Source: Octopus bimaculoides (taxonomy: Eukaryota). Taken from it: 64,000 nucleotides of DNA. The DNA is taken from the NCBI RefSeq assembly GCF_001194135.2, contig NC_068992.1, positions 64,214,248 through 64,278,247 of the forward strand, given 5' to 3'. Below, piece after piece: positions 1 through 12,600 of the stretch (position 1 is the stretch's first letter; the number at the start of each line of letters is the position of its first letter). The notes below the pieces were generated by a model. It was not told the DNA's origin and did not search any database. It worked only from the letters and a program-made list of their open reading frames with translations. The translations under genes were made by a program, and so were the position numbers.

Positions 1-291
1 AGGACTTATTCTTTAGAAGCGTAATACTTATTCTATTGGTCTCTACTAAGTTACGGGGGACGTAAACACACCAGCATCGGTTGTCAAGCGATGTTGGTGG
101 GGACAAACACAGACACAAACAAATATACAACGGGCTTCTTTCAGTTTCCATCTACCAAATCTACTCACAAGGCTTTGGTCAGCCCGAGGTTATAGTAGAA
201 GACACTTGCCCAAGGTGTCACGCAGTGGAACTGAACCCAGAACCATGTGGTTCGTAAGCAAGCTACTTACCACACAGCCACTCCTACGCCT
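1..291 (-). mobile_element. tRNA-derived SINE family A (representative copy)
   Basis: Minus-strand head with A box TGGCTGTGTGG, B box GGTTCAGTTCC, then CCTTGGGCAAG. There are many further copies (e.g. 13130-13500, 16085-16470, 20440-20700, 25040-25430, 36020-36370, 61970-62390, 62575-62930). Confidence 0.85.
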
Positions 292-1650
292 ACAAGGTTT
301 TTAAAAACAAAAATGAGTATTGCAGTCAAATTTTTTTTCAACTATCCCCTCGAAATGGTGCCCCAGCATGACTGCAGTCCAATGACTGAAATCAGTAAAA
401 GATAAAAGATACCTTTAATATCAGCAAGATTCCATCGGTTCTGATATCTGTTATCAGATTGGAAAATGACATCACAATGTCTTGGGAAAATCTCTGAAAA
501 TCAAAATGAATATTATTATCAGTCTTGGTGGTGGTGCCAGGAGGAATAATGAAATTATCATTTCATGAATTAATCAAATAAACAGCCCCTTTCACAATTA
601 CCATCATCTTCCAAATTACTACGGCTTACCTTTATAATGCGGGGTGACCAGACACTTTATTTCACGTTGCTCCAGTTCACTCAACTGTAGAAATGAGCTG
701 TGAAGCCACTGGTACCAAGCTGCAATGGCCTTTGCCTTTCCTTTGGATAACATCAGTGGCATGGAGAGAAGAGGAGGCTGGTATGCATGGGTGACTGCTG
801 GTCTTCCCTAAAAAACCTTGCCCAGACTTGTGTCTTGTAGGGGAACTCTTTAGATGCAATCCCATGGTCATTCATGGCCGAAGGGGGTCTTCACCCTAGC
901 CTTGTGTATCTCCTCTACTGCAAGAGGCTTGTTCTTGTTCCTCTGTCATATTTTAGCCTTTCAGTACCAGGCATTAAGCTACTCCCCTCCCCCCACTTGC
1001 TTAGTCAGTGGAGCTGAGCCCTTCTTTTTCGGTTCTTTCCTGTCTTGCAGCTTACATGGTGATCTCACTGGTGTTGGTAGTATGAAAAAGAGCACCCTGT
1101 GCATACTGCAAGGTGATTGACATTAGGAAGGGCATCCAGCCACAAAAAACATGCCAATGCAGACACTGGAGCTCAGCACAGCCAGGCAGCCTGCCATCCT
1201 CATCCTCATCCTCATCATTTAACGTCAGACTTCCATGCTGGGGCATGGGTTGAACGGTTTGACAGGAGCTGGCAAGTCAGAGGACAGTACTGAGCTCCAT
1301 TGTCTGCTTTGGCAAGGTTTTTATGGCTTGATGCCCTTCCTAATGCCAACCACTTCACAGATCGTATTGGGTGCTTCTGACGTGGCACCAATACTGGCAA
1401 GGTCCGTTTTGGCATGATTTTCAATGCCGAGTGCCCTTCCTAATGCCAACCACTTTACAGTGTGGACTGGGTGCTTTTTATGTAGCACCAGCACAGGTGA
1501 GGAGGTCCCCACATAACTGGCAAGACAAAAGTCTTTTGATGGGGTGGATGGGTACTGAAGGAGGTGGCTTTGTGCCAGATCCTGCCAAGCAGTCCAGCCC
1601 ATGCTAACATGGAAAATGACAACGATGACAACATTTAATTTGAGAACAAC

Positions 1651-1784
1651 ACAAGAGACAGAGAGAGAGAAAGAAATAGTAAATGTACCTGCATAAATTC
1701 TTTTTGTCCTAGAACTACACAAGAGAGAGAGAGAGGAAGAAATAGTAAATGTACCTGCATAAATTCTTTTTGTCCTAGAACTAC
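1651..1784 (+). repeat. Local tandem duplication (~67-bp unit x2)
   Basis: AGAAATAGTAAATGTACCTGCATAAATTCTTTTTGTCCTAGAACTAC occurs twice, differing only in the (GA)n part. Confidence 0.9.
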
Positions 1785-2856
1785 ATAAGCTTCAACTATC
1801 TTCAGACACACTTTCAGGTCTTCATTTCCAAACTCTGCAAAAGTTAAAACAAAATTCCATTTTCCAATATTAAAACGCTTTTAGATCCTGTTCCTAGCAA
1901 AAGGCAGCAATCTGCCAATTTGGCAAAGTCAGTAGAATTTTGGAGAGAATCCTCATCAGCAGTTAATACCCATTTCTCCCATGCTTGCATGAGTCAGACT
2001 AAATGTGTTGAGGCACATTTTCAATGGTCCAATATGTCTGTCCTGCTTTTTAAGATGGTAAAGAAAGATAAGAGATTTGGCTGCTATCTCTAGCAGATCA
2101 ATCAACCAGGTAGAGGGTTATACTTGATTAGAAGTTCAATAGCAATAACCCAGCACTTAACGATCCTTTCAGGGATTTGAACAGCCTTTCTTAAGGACAA
2201 CTGTTTTACAACATATAAACACACTTACATGCTCTAAAGCAGTTGATGTTAGGGAGGGCATCCAGCTATAGAAAACAGACTAAAGCAGAAACTGGAACGA
2301 AGGTCCTTGGGTCCATGAGATCCTATCAAACCATTCAACCCCATGCTAGCATGAAATATGGATGTTAAATGACAATGATCAACAGCAACATTTTAACATT
2401 CACGTTTCCATTCTTGCATGGGCCAGATGTAGTTTATAAAGGCATATTTTCTAAAGCTGGATGCCCTTCCTATCACCAAACCTCATCAGTTTCCAAGCAA
2501 GATAATATTTCCCCCATAGCCAGACATATTTACACAGAATATTGCTTGTACGACAATAACAATCATTTACAACTATGATGCAATGTCAAGACAAAGATAC
2601 AAACACTCACATTACACCCATAAGATGGGCTTCTTTCTGTTTTCTATCCACTAAATTTACCCACAAGTCTTTGATGATCTAAAACTAGATCTTATAAAAC
2701 CTTTTGTCCAGTCAACAACAGTTCTGCCAATTTACTGTTTTGTCCGATTCTTTTAGAGAAATAACATCTGAGAAATTCAGAAAAAATTTCTTAACGACTT
2801 TATTACTTCAGACTTTTAAAATAAATAATGCAATCAGACCAATGTGATGTACATAC

Positions 2857-3049
2857 CCAGTATTGCTGGCATTGCAGTGAACAAGTCCAGCAGTCCTGGA
2901 GTCATAACTGGTGAATTATGTAAAGTTTCTAGCCAAAGATCAAGTCCATCTTCCTTCAAGTAGACATGGAACTGTTGGGTGACATCGGTACTAAGGCGAA
3001 TCACAGGAATCAAGAAATCATACAGCGTGTTACAGCTGGTGCCGAGACC
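2857..3049 (-). CDS. IPO11: IPO11 exon 18 ([23 protein letters not shown]...AMPAIL)
   Basis: atttcAG acceptor, G|GTATGT donor, 193 nt; the next exon was not found within the window. Confidence 0.96.
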
Positions 3050-6000
3050 CTGAAATGAAAAACAAAACACAGATACTTCTCTTCAATAACTGTTTCAAAA
3101 TCTGCTACAAGGCCAAGTAATGAACCCCACCCAAGTACTTGGCTGGTACTTGATTTTTTTTTTGACTCTGAAAGGACGTAAGGCAAAGTTGAAGTTGGCA
3201 GTATTTGAACTCAGAATGTAAAGAGCTGGCAGAAATGTAACTAAACATTTCGACTGAACTGGTAACAATTCTGCCAGCTCATTGTCTTTGCTTTCGAATT
3301 TTGGCACAAGGCCAGCAATTTTATGGAAGATGGCTATCTTGATTACATTGACCCAGTTCTTGAAGGGTACTTTATTTAATCAACCATGAAAGGATGAAAG
3401 GCAATGCTGAACTGGGTAAAATTTGAACTCAGAATGTAAAGTGCCATAAAAAATGCTGCTAAACATTTTGTCAGATGTGCTAACGGTTCTGCCAACTTGT
3501 TGCCAGTGAGCTGGCAGAATTGCTATGCAAACACATACAAACACACAACTTTTGTATAGATATGGCCAGTCTCTCTTTCTCACATACACACACAAGTTAA
3601 TATCGATTTCAATTAAAAAGGTGATAATTACCTTAACTAAGCGGATTAGAGTTGTAAGGATTGCACATCGTAACATATTATGATCGGAATCCCAGAGAAG
3701 TGGTAAATAAAGTATAAGCTGGTCAGCATATGGACGGATCTGGGCGCCAACACGCTCAATAACAAACGATATCACATAAAGAACATGCATCTGGAAAATA
3801 TTTTTTTCAAATTAACAATATTAGCAATAAACAAGAAACCAATCACAAAGTTATTTTAAAGAATATCAAAGTGGTAATGGTTTGTCAAATGTTTTGATTC
3901 TAAGACCTTGTGCTGAAAGACAGTTAGCTCAGGTCAGAGCCCTGATAGTCATTTAAAATAATGCAGCCCTTACGCTTACTGTTGCTAAATCTTTTCAATT
4001 AAAAAATATCTCATTCCATAGATCTTCTTCAAAGGCACAAAAGTCAGTGAATAATTTGTTAATACATATATATATCATCATCATCATCATCGTTTAACGT
4101 CCGCTTTCCATGCTGGCATGGGTTGGACGATTTGACTGAGGACTGGTGCAACCGGATGGCTACACCAGGCTCCAATCTAATTTGGCAGAGTTTCTACAGC
4201 TGGATGCCCTTCCTAACGCCAACCACTCAGAGAGTGGTTGATGAGTAAAACACCAGCACAGTTTCGATTATCTGTTGTTATCCATAGATTGCAAGAACTT
4301 CATAGTGGTAGTTGAGGTAACTATTAATAAAATAGATGGAAAACCAAATCTCTAGTGAGACTTTTATTTTATTTATTTATTTATGTACCATAAGAGACCC
4401 AGATGGGTCAAAACGTGTTGTACTAAATCTTTTTTTTTTCCATCTATTTTATTAATACTATATATATATATATATATATATATNNNNNNNNNNNNNNNNN
4501 NNNNNNNNNNNNNNNNNNNNNNNNNNNNNNNNNNNNNNNNNNNNNNNNNNNNNNNNNNNNNNNNNNNNNNNNNNNNNNNNNNNATATATATACTGTCTAC
4601 AGCATATTCAAGTGGTTAGGAAGCTTGCTTTGCAATCACAAGGTTCTGAGTTTGATCCCACAACATGGCTTTCTTGACAAGGGAATGAATGTGTACATGC
4701 GCGCGCGCACACACACATACTGGGCTTCTTCCAGTTTCCATTTACCAAGCCTTGTGAGCAAAACTCGGTTTTCAGAAGTGGATAGAAACTCATCAGAAGA
4801 GTAGCATCTGTAATTCAAGATCGAATTTCGCCACACCGTGTTTATTGTTTATAAGGTCTATTCTGCTTGAAGATTACGTTAAGAGTACAAATGTCTGTGG
4901 AATACTCAGCTGGTTTACAAGCAAATTTACTGAGCAGGTAGTTTGGCTGATCAAACAACTGAGTACTCATCACTGAATCTGATGGTGATCTATATAGTTT
5001 TTACATTGTTATCTCTTTCCAGCTCCATCTGAACATGTTCGCTCCTTTCTTTGAGACGTGAATAGTCATGTAGCTCCTCCACAGCAAGAAACTGGCACTG
5101 TTCACTTCTCTCATACTTTAAGCTTCCTCCCAACCTCATGGGGTTTGTAGTCTTGCAAGATGCAGGGACCATTTTTCATACCTTAGCCCCTTATCTCCTA
5201 GCATAGAGATGCCTCTCTCTCTACTGTAGCTCCACTTAGTTAAGAAAATGGAATATTTTAAGCCTTGTAGGCTGCATGGCGACCTCACTAATGGTAATAG
5301 GACAAAAAAGAAAAAAAAAAAAANNNNNNNNNNAAAAAAAAAAAAAAAAAAAAAGCCCAGTACACTCTGTAAAGTGGTCAAGAAAGAGTATCCTGCTGTA
5401 GAAACTATACCAAAGCAGACACTGGAGCACAATGCAGTCCTTGGATCCTGTGAAACACACTTCTAACCCTTGGAGCAAGCATGTTAAATGATAACTAAAT
5501 GGGACAACATTTGTGAAAAACTTGTTAATGGCACGAAATAACATATGTATAAAATCATGTGCAGACAATTCGCTGATTGCGCAATAAGTCAGAAGTATCG
5601 ATCATGGAGTTCATCAAAACGGAATGGGGAGGCAGAAAGCTTCTGTACAAAGGGTATGCCTATATTATTGATAGAACCACAAATTGTCCAATTGGTCAAT
5701 TGTCCCATCTATAAGTTGTCTGTCAGCTAATTGTTTGTTGATGAATTGTCTGTCTACTGTATAAAATATTCCTCTTTAAGAAATATCCAAACTCACCTTA
5801 GTATCACATTCCTTTATCTCTCTCAGCAGTTGGAAGAGAAGACTGAAGGAGGGACTTAAATACTGGAAGGAAAAAACAAATGTAGAAATAATTAGTTAAT
5901 TGCAGTTGTGTTATAACATTCAACATAATTAATCAGAGAAAGAATTTAATTATGATCAACAATGTTTATTAACAAAACATTTTTAATATATATGTAATGT

Positions 6001-9000
6001 ACAATTTCTTATATGTAAGCTGTGTGAGAATCAAAAAAAATATGGAATTATCAATCAGAGTTGAAATATCTCATAAGTTTAGGATATAGACTCTAATTGC
6101 AACAGGAATGGTCTCTTAGATTAGAGAAGAAAATTATCTTCTTAAATATGGAACACATAGCTTCCAGCCACAATAAATAAAATCCCTTTTTCATCTGTCA
6201 TTGCTTACCAAAAACTAATGGTAAATATAACTGGCTGCAAAACATGTCAGGAAGTATTATAACAGAGTTCAGGGAAATGACTGGTTGGTATCTCCTAATA
6301 TATTATTATTTATGAGTGATTCAAGATAACTTTTGATTTGGGCATACCATTCAGAAAGTCCTGTGGATTGCAGTTGGCCCATGACTGCTCTACACTGTCA
6401 GTCAGCATGCTAGATATAGCAGCCAAACGTTTGTTTTACTTGTGTCTTATAAATGTTTCAAATATGCTGGTTAACTTATCCCAAGATACTATATGATAAA
6501 ATCTCAAGTTACTAGTAAGTTCTATTTGAACCAGCATTTCACTAGACATCTAATGCCAGCCCTACAGAGAAATAAAATTTTGTCAGACAAAACCATGAAC
6601 TGCAGACATTATGGAAAGAAAATGGAGAAAGCAATATGTTATATTAATGACTGCCAAACATCCTCAGTTCAAAGGTTTATTAGGATTTAATCAAGATATA
6701 GAAAAAAAAAAGGGAATGCCGCTTCCAAAATCATCTCTTAGGATTTTTGTTGTAGTTTAAACAGAAGTCTGCTTTGATTGAGAATGCCTATGGTCAAATA
6801 TGTTGAAGGCACACAGCCTTGCGGTTAGGGTGTTGCACTCAATCACAAGATTCATCATCATCATCATTGCTTAACATCCGCTTTCCATGCTAGCATGGGT
6901 TGGATGATTTGACTGAGGACTGGTGAACCAGATGGCTACACCAGGCTCCAGTCTGATTTGGCAGAGTGTCTACAGCTGGATGACCTTCCTAACGCCAACC
7001 ACTCCGAGAGTGTAGTGGGTGCTTTTACGTGCCACTGGCACGAAGGCCAGTCATGCAGTACTGGCAACGGCCACACCCAAAATGGTGTATTTTACGTGCC
7101 ACCTGCACATGTGGTTTTGATTTCTAGACTGGCAGCGCATTGCATTCTGCAGCAAAACATTTCATTACCTGTTGTTCCAGTCTGCTCAGCTACAAATTGG
7201 TAACCCTGCAATGAACTGGCATCTAGTTCAGGAGGAACGCTGGCCAGCATGCCTAGCCACTGGGGTGGCATTCGAAAGCGACAACTTTGCAAGGAACTGC
7301 ACTGTGACCAGTGGTATACAGCAATATCTGATTGTCTAGTCAATACAATGATGATCAAATGTGTTCTAACCCTGATCATCTTATTTAATTTTTTAGGGAT
7401 TTGAAGGGCTATACATAATCCAATGTACCCCTCCCAGATTTTAAAGCTAGTACAGAAGTGAGGCATGGTTTATAACACCAGAAATGAAAGAAAGTGCTTG
7501 GAGTGCTGTGAAATGTGGTTCTTAAGGCGAATACTAAGGACAGCACGGACAGACAAAGTGTCTAATGGAGAAGTGATGAGCTGGGCTGAGGTAAACAGAA
7601 ACTGCTTCAAAAGATGAAGGCCAAATTTGAGATTTATTGGTCATGTGATGAGTAAAGAAGGCCTGGAGAATTTAGTGATGAGTGGAAAGAACTGAAGGGA
7701 AAAGAAGCAGAGGAAAGAGGAGGAGGAGGAGAATGTGGATGTCAAGCTTGATGAACTGGTAGAAAGAAAGAGGCATTAAATATCAGGAAGTGGAACTGTT
7801 AGAGAAAAACAAAGAACAGAGAATTGTGGCAGGACATGATTGCTGATGACTTTCATTCTGGACAGGATGCCTAAAAAGGAGATTGAAGACGGTCTGATTA
7901 TAAGAGATATTTGCCATTTCTTGCAAGACACAATAGGGTTAATATCATAACGAGGGACAGCAACAGGAAGGTTGGGGGCTAAATGATAAATCGTCAAAAT
8001 TTAATCAAAAATATACTTACTGGCAAAAACTGCTCAGTATTAAATTCAAAGTCATCTACAGGTACAGAGAGGTTAAGGAAAAATAAAACTGGTTTTAAAT
8101 AAAACCAACAAAAACATTGCAGTGAAGAATTAAAACATTATTAACAAAACTTTTAACTTAATTTCAGAAGCTAATGACACAACATTACATACTAATTATG
8201 ATTACAATTAAATAGTCAATTTTATTATCATTGCTTTTGAATATAAGTTCCAGTTATATATACATATGCAAATATATATATGTATACACACACACACATA
8301 TTGATACATATACATGCGCGCACACACACACGCATATATACGCACATACACACATGCAAATACATACATATGGGTGATGGATGAGGAGAGATTACACATC
8401 ACAAAATGATGGAGTTTACACTGATTAAAGAAAAAAAACAGACACAAAAACAACAAAAAATAATATATATATATATATATATATGGAACTGAAACAGTTC
8501 TACTGGGTAGAACAACCAATTAGGGCCAACATCAAAGTCCAACTACTCTGACCAGTTGTGTATTTTATATCTGTCTATAAAAAAGAGAGATTTGAGCAAA
8601 GGACAAAAAAACAAAGTCCCTGAAACTGAAGTAAATGTAACAACATAGAGACTGTAAGTCTGACAAAAGGATATCAGTCCTGAGTGTGTTTGCAGCTTCA
8701 AGTCGTACGACCAAATCCTCTTTCTCTTGCAATAATGGAAGTATAGTTTCATACAGTGTTGCTCTCAACGAGACCGACAACTTTACACCAACCCACTGGC
8801 TCACCAACCATATCACACGACGACGTATAATTCGGTAACTGTAAAAGACATTGAGAAACATCCCAATCAACAAAGATATATTATAGAATAACCATCATCA
8901 TTTAATGTCTGTTTACCATGCTGGTATGGACCGGACAGTTTGACAGGAGCTGACAAGCCAGAGGGCTGCACCAGGTGCCAGTTGTCTTTTCTAGCATGGT

Positions 9001-9581
9001 TTCCATGGCTGGATGCCCTTTCTAATGCCAACCACTTATACTAGATGCTTTTTATGTGGTGCTGGCATTGGTAGTCTTTATGTGGTACCAGCATGGGTGC
9101 TTTTTATGTGGCTATAACAGAGTAATTTATGACTGGCTGCCCTTGGGAGCTCCTCTATGCTGATGACCTTGTTTTGCTCTTTATTGTGAACCAAAGTTGA
9201 TTTTTTTCAAATATCAGCCATTTACATAACTGTCATTATTAAGCTGTTGTTAGGAACATAAATTAACGTGAAATTTTGATGGAAGGCTTTCATTTTGATC
9301 ACTTTAAAACAAGGAAGTTTGCTTCTTACCTAGTGGTTGTTTAGTTAATTTTGACAATACAGAAGGGTATGAGAGATAAAATAAGAGATTGAATGGTTTG
9401 TCCTGTAGCTCATGTATTAAGTGAGTTTGTGAAAACACTGGTTAAAATAGAACACATCACTAACTTACTTTGTATGTTTGTTCTGTAGTTCAGGTATTAG
9501 ATGGCTCGTGAACCACTGGTCAAAATCTATGTCATCAAAAAGGTCAAAGGATGCCAATCCTACTGCGTTGTACACTGGAAT

Positions 9582-9613
<32 letters not shown>

Positions 9614-12600
9614 CAAAAATAAAACATTTAAAATGTTGTTCAGTCAAGAGTTTATAAAATATTTATTGTTTGTTGCTCTGTTCAAGAAGGTATTTTATTA
9701 ACTCTTCTGAAAGCATATTTCTGTTAAAATGTATCATTTCATTTAATTTTGAAAATACTGAAGAACTTTGTAAATTGACTGTCATTATTAAGCTGTTGTT
9801 AGGAACATAAATTAACGTGAAATGTTGATGGAAGGCTTTCATTTTGATCACTTTAAAACAAGGAAGTTTGCTTCATAGAACAATGAGTAGTTCCAGGGAG
9901 ATCGGTATCGAAAGAGGTAACTGTTTTGTGGCAGAATTCTAAGCACACCAGAAAAAAATGTTTAACGGCATTTTTGCTGTCTTTATGATCTGGGTTCAAA
10001 TTCTGCTATGGTCAACTTTGCCTTTCATCCTCTTGGGGTTGAAAAAGTATTAGTTATGCACTGGGGTTATGTAATCAATTCACCCTTTTTCCTGAACTTA
10101 TTGGTTTAACCCTTTCGTTACCAACTCGGCTCTGGCATGGAGTACAAATGTCTTGTTTTCATAAGTTTTGAATTAAAATCTTTCACCAAACCTTAGCCAC
10201 AATTTATGTTCCTAACACTAGCTGAATGATAACTAAGTTATTTTTACTAAATTCTTTGTTATATTTAAAGTAATTGAAAGAAATACAGAGCATCATAAAT
10301 AAATACAGTAACGAAAGGGTTAAACATCTTAATGTTAAAGTCTTTCAATACAAGCAACTTTTTGGAGGAAGTATTTAAAAATCTCTAACCTGTTATACCA
10401 GGGTATATTATGATGGTATATAATTTGTATAATGTTGGTGTTGACCTACTGGTGTCTACATATATCATGATCCTTGTTTTGGTGTTCACTTTTCCATGTT
10501 GGCATGGGTCACACAGAATTCACTGGAATAGATTTTCTACAGCCAGATGCTCTTCCTATCACAAACCATCGCCTACTTTCAAGATCAAACAAATTTCTAC
10601 AGAAGATTTAAATCGAAGATCACCACTTACATGATGGTGACACTCATTTACAACTACCATGTAATAGCAAAAGAAGGACACACACAAAACAGGCTTCTTT
10701 CAGTTTCCATTCTGCTCACAAAGCTTTAGTCAGATGGGGGCTATAGTAAAACATTTACTCAAAGAGTTGCACAGTGGGATTGAAACTAAAACCATGTAGT
10801 TGGGAAGCAAAAGTTTTAACCAGTCATGCACAGGCATGGTTGTACAGTTAAGAAGTTCACCTCCCAACCATGTGCTTGGGGATGGGGGTGGAGTGGGAGT
10901 TCAGCTCCACTGTGTGGCACTCATCAAAGCAAGTGTCTATTATTGCCTGAGCCAACCTTGTGAGTGGGTTTGGCAAACAGAAACTGATCATCTATCTATC
11001 TATCTATATATAAGTAGATATATCTTTTAAATTTGTTTATATTGTTATATATATATATACAAATATGCTTGTATGTGTATCTTCTTTTCTTGACATTGTA
11101 AGAAAGTTGTAAACCAGCATCATCATTATAGAAGCAGTGTTGTTCATTTTCAATCTTCCATGGAAACATGTCTGGCCACGGAGAAATATTACTTTGCTTA
11201 GAAACAGGTGAGGTTTGGCAACAGGAAGGGTACCTGGCTGTAGAAAATTTTGCCTCAACAAATTCAGTTGTAACCCATACAAGCATAGAAAAGTGGACAT
11301 TAAAATAATGATTATAAATGTGTGTGCGTGATACTGGTATTAACCACTTGGTATATATTATGTTGTTAATCAACTGAAATCTCATGAGATCATCACTGAA
11401 GTTATAATTTATCTTCAAACACTTTAGCATTTGTAGATCTCAGTTGTTTGAGAATCTAATCACTAGTTTTTTTTCCTAAATATCTGTCAAATAGAAGTCA
11501 GTTATTACCAGCATCCTTTCGTAAAATTGCTGCCATATCATCGACGCCACATGGGCCTTGGACATTCTGAACCATATCAAGCAGAACGGGTGCCAACGTA
11601 CTGTGGAAGTTTTTGAACAGTGACAGAAATAAAACTTCAGTGCAAGGCTGTATAAAAGAGAAAGAAAAACATTAATCCAAAAAAGAATATTGTATTCATT
11701 TACTTGTTCTCTTTGACACTCCCACAAATTTACCTACTCACCCAACCTGCCAACCTAGGTTCTCTGCCTGTATCCAGCTTCTTATACCTTGACCGCATAC
11801 CTTCATATCTCGTTTTCACTGTCCTTTCACTCTTTCCTGCAGCAGTAGCCATATAACTCCTCCACAGCAAGACACGTGTTTCAGTCTCTCTTTCCGACTT
11901 TAGCCTCTCTGCACCCACTGCAAAGCCACATCCCTCAATATTGCACCCCTACTCTGTCTAGAGGGCTTGCTGTGTGAGTTACTTGGTGACTCCATGAATG
12001 GTGGTGCCATGCAAAAAGCACCCAGTATACTCTGTAAAGTGGATGGTATGAGGCAGAGCACCCAGCTACAGCAACCTTGCTAAAGCAGTCCTCAAGTTTC
12101 TGTCAAACCATCCAACCTAATTGTGAAACAAAGATGATGATCACCATGCACAGGAGGGAGATTGTGGAATGGTTTCATATATAAATGTATGTAATACAAA
12201 AGGGATTGTATTTTCTTAAAGAGTGTTATAAACTTGATGCAGTGATTCAGTCATTTGTCTGTTAATGTTTAACTTCAAGTCAGCCCTTACAAAGCAAACT
12301 CCTGATCAAAGGCAATCTAACCTTGACCACACCAACTTCTTGTGTATTCAGGACTACAAAGCCAATTTGTCCCTTTTTAAAGGAGCAGGATGTGATTTGA
12401 AAGATCTGACTGCTATACTTTTAACCCTTTGGCATTCAAACTGGCCCCTTCTGGCCCATATATTCTACCTCTCGTACGAACAAACTGGCTAGATCTAGCC
12501 TCTCACAACTATCCTACAATGTCATCAAAATCTCGAAGCTACAAGATTATGCATGATTAATTCAAAACAATGCAAATCAACAAGCATTACATTTGAATAC

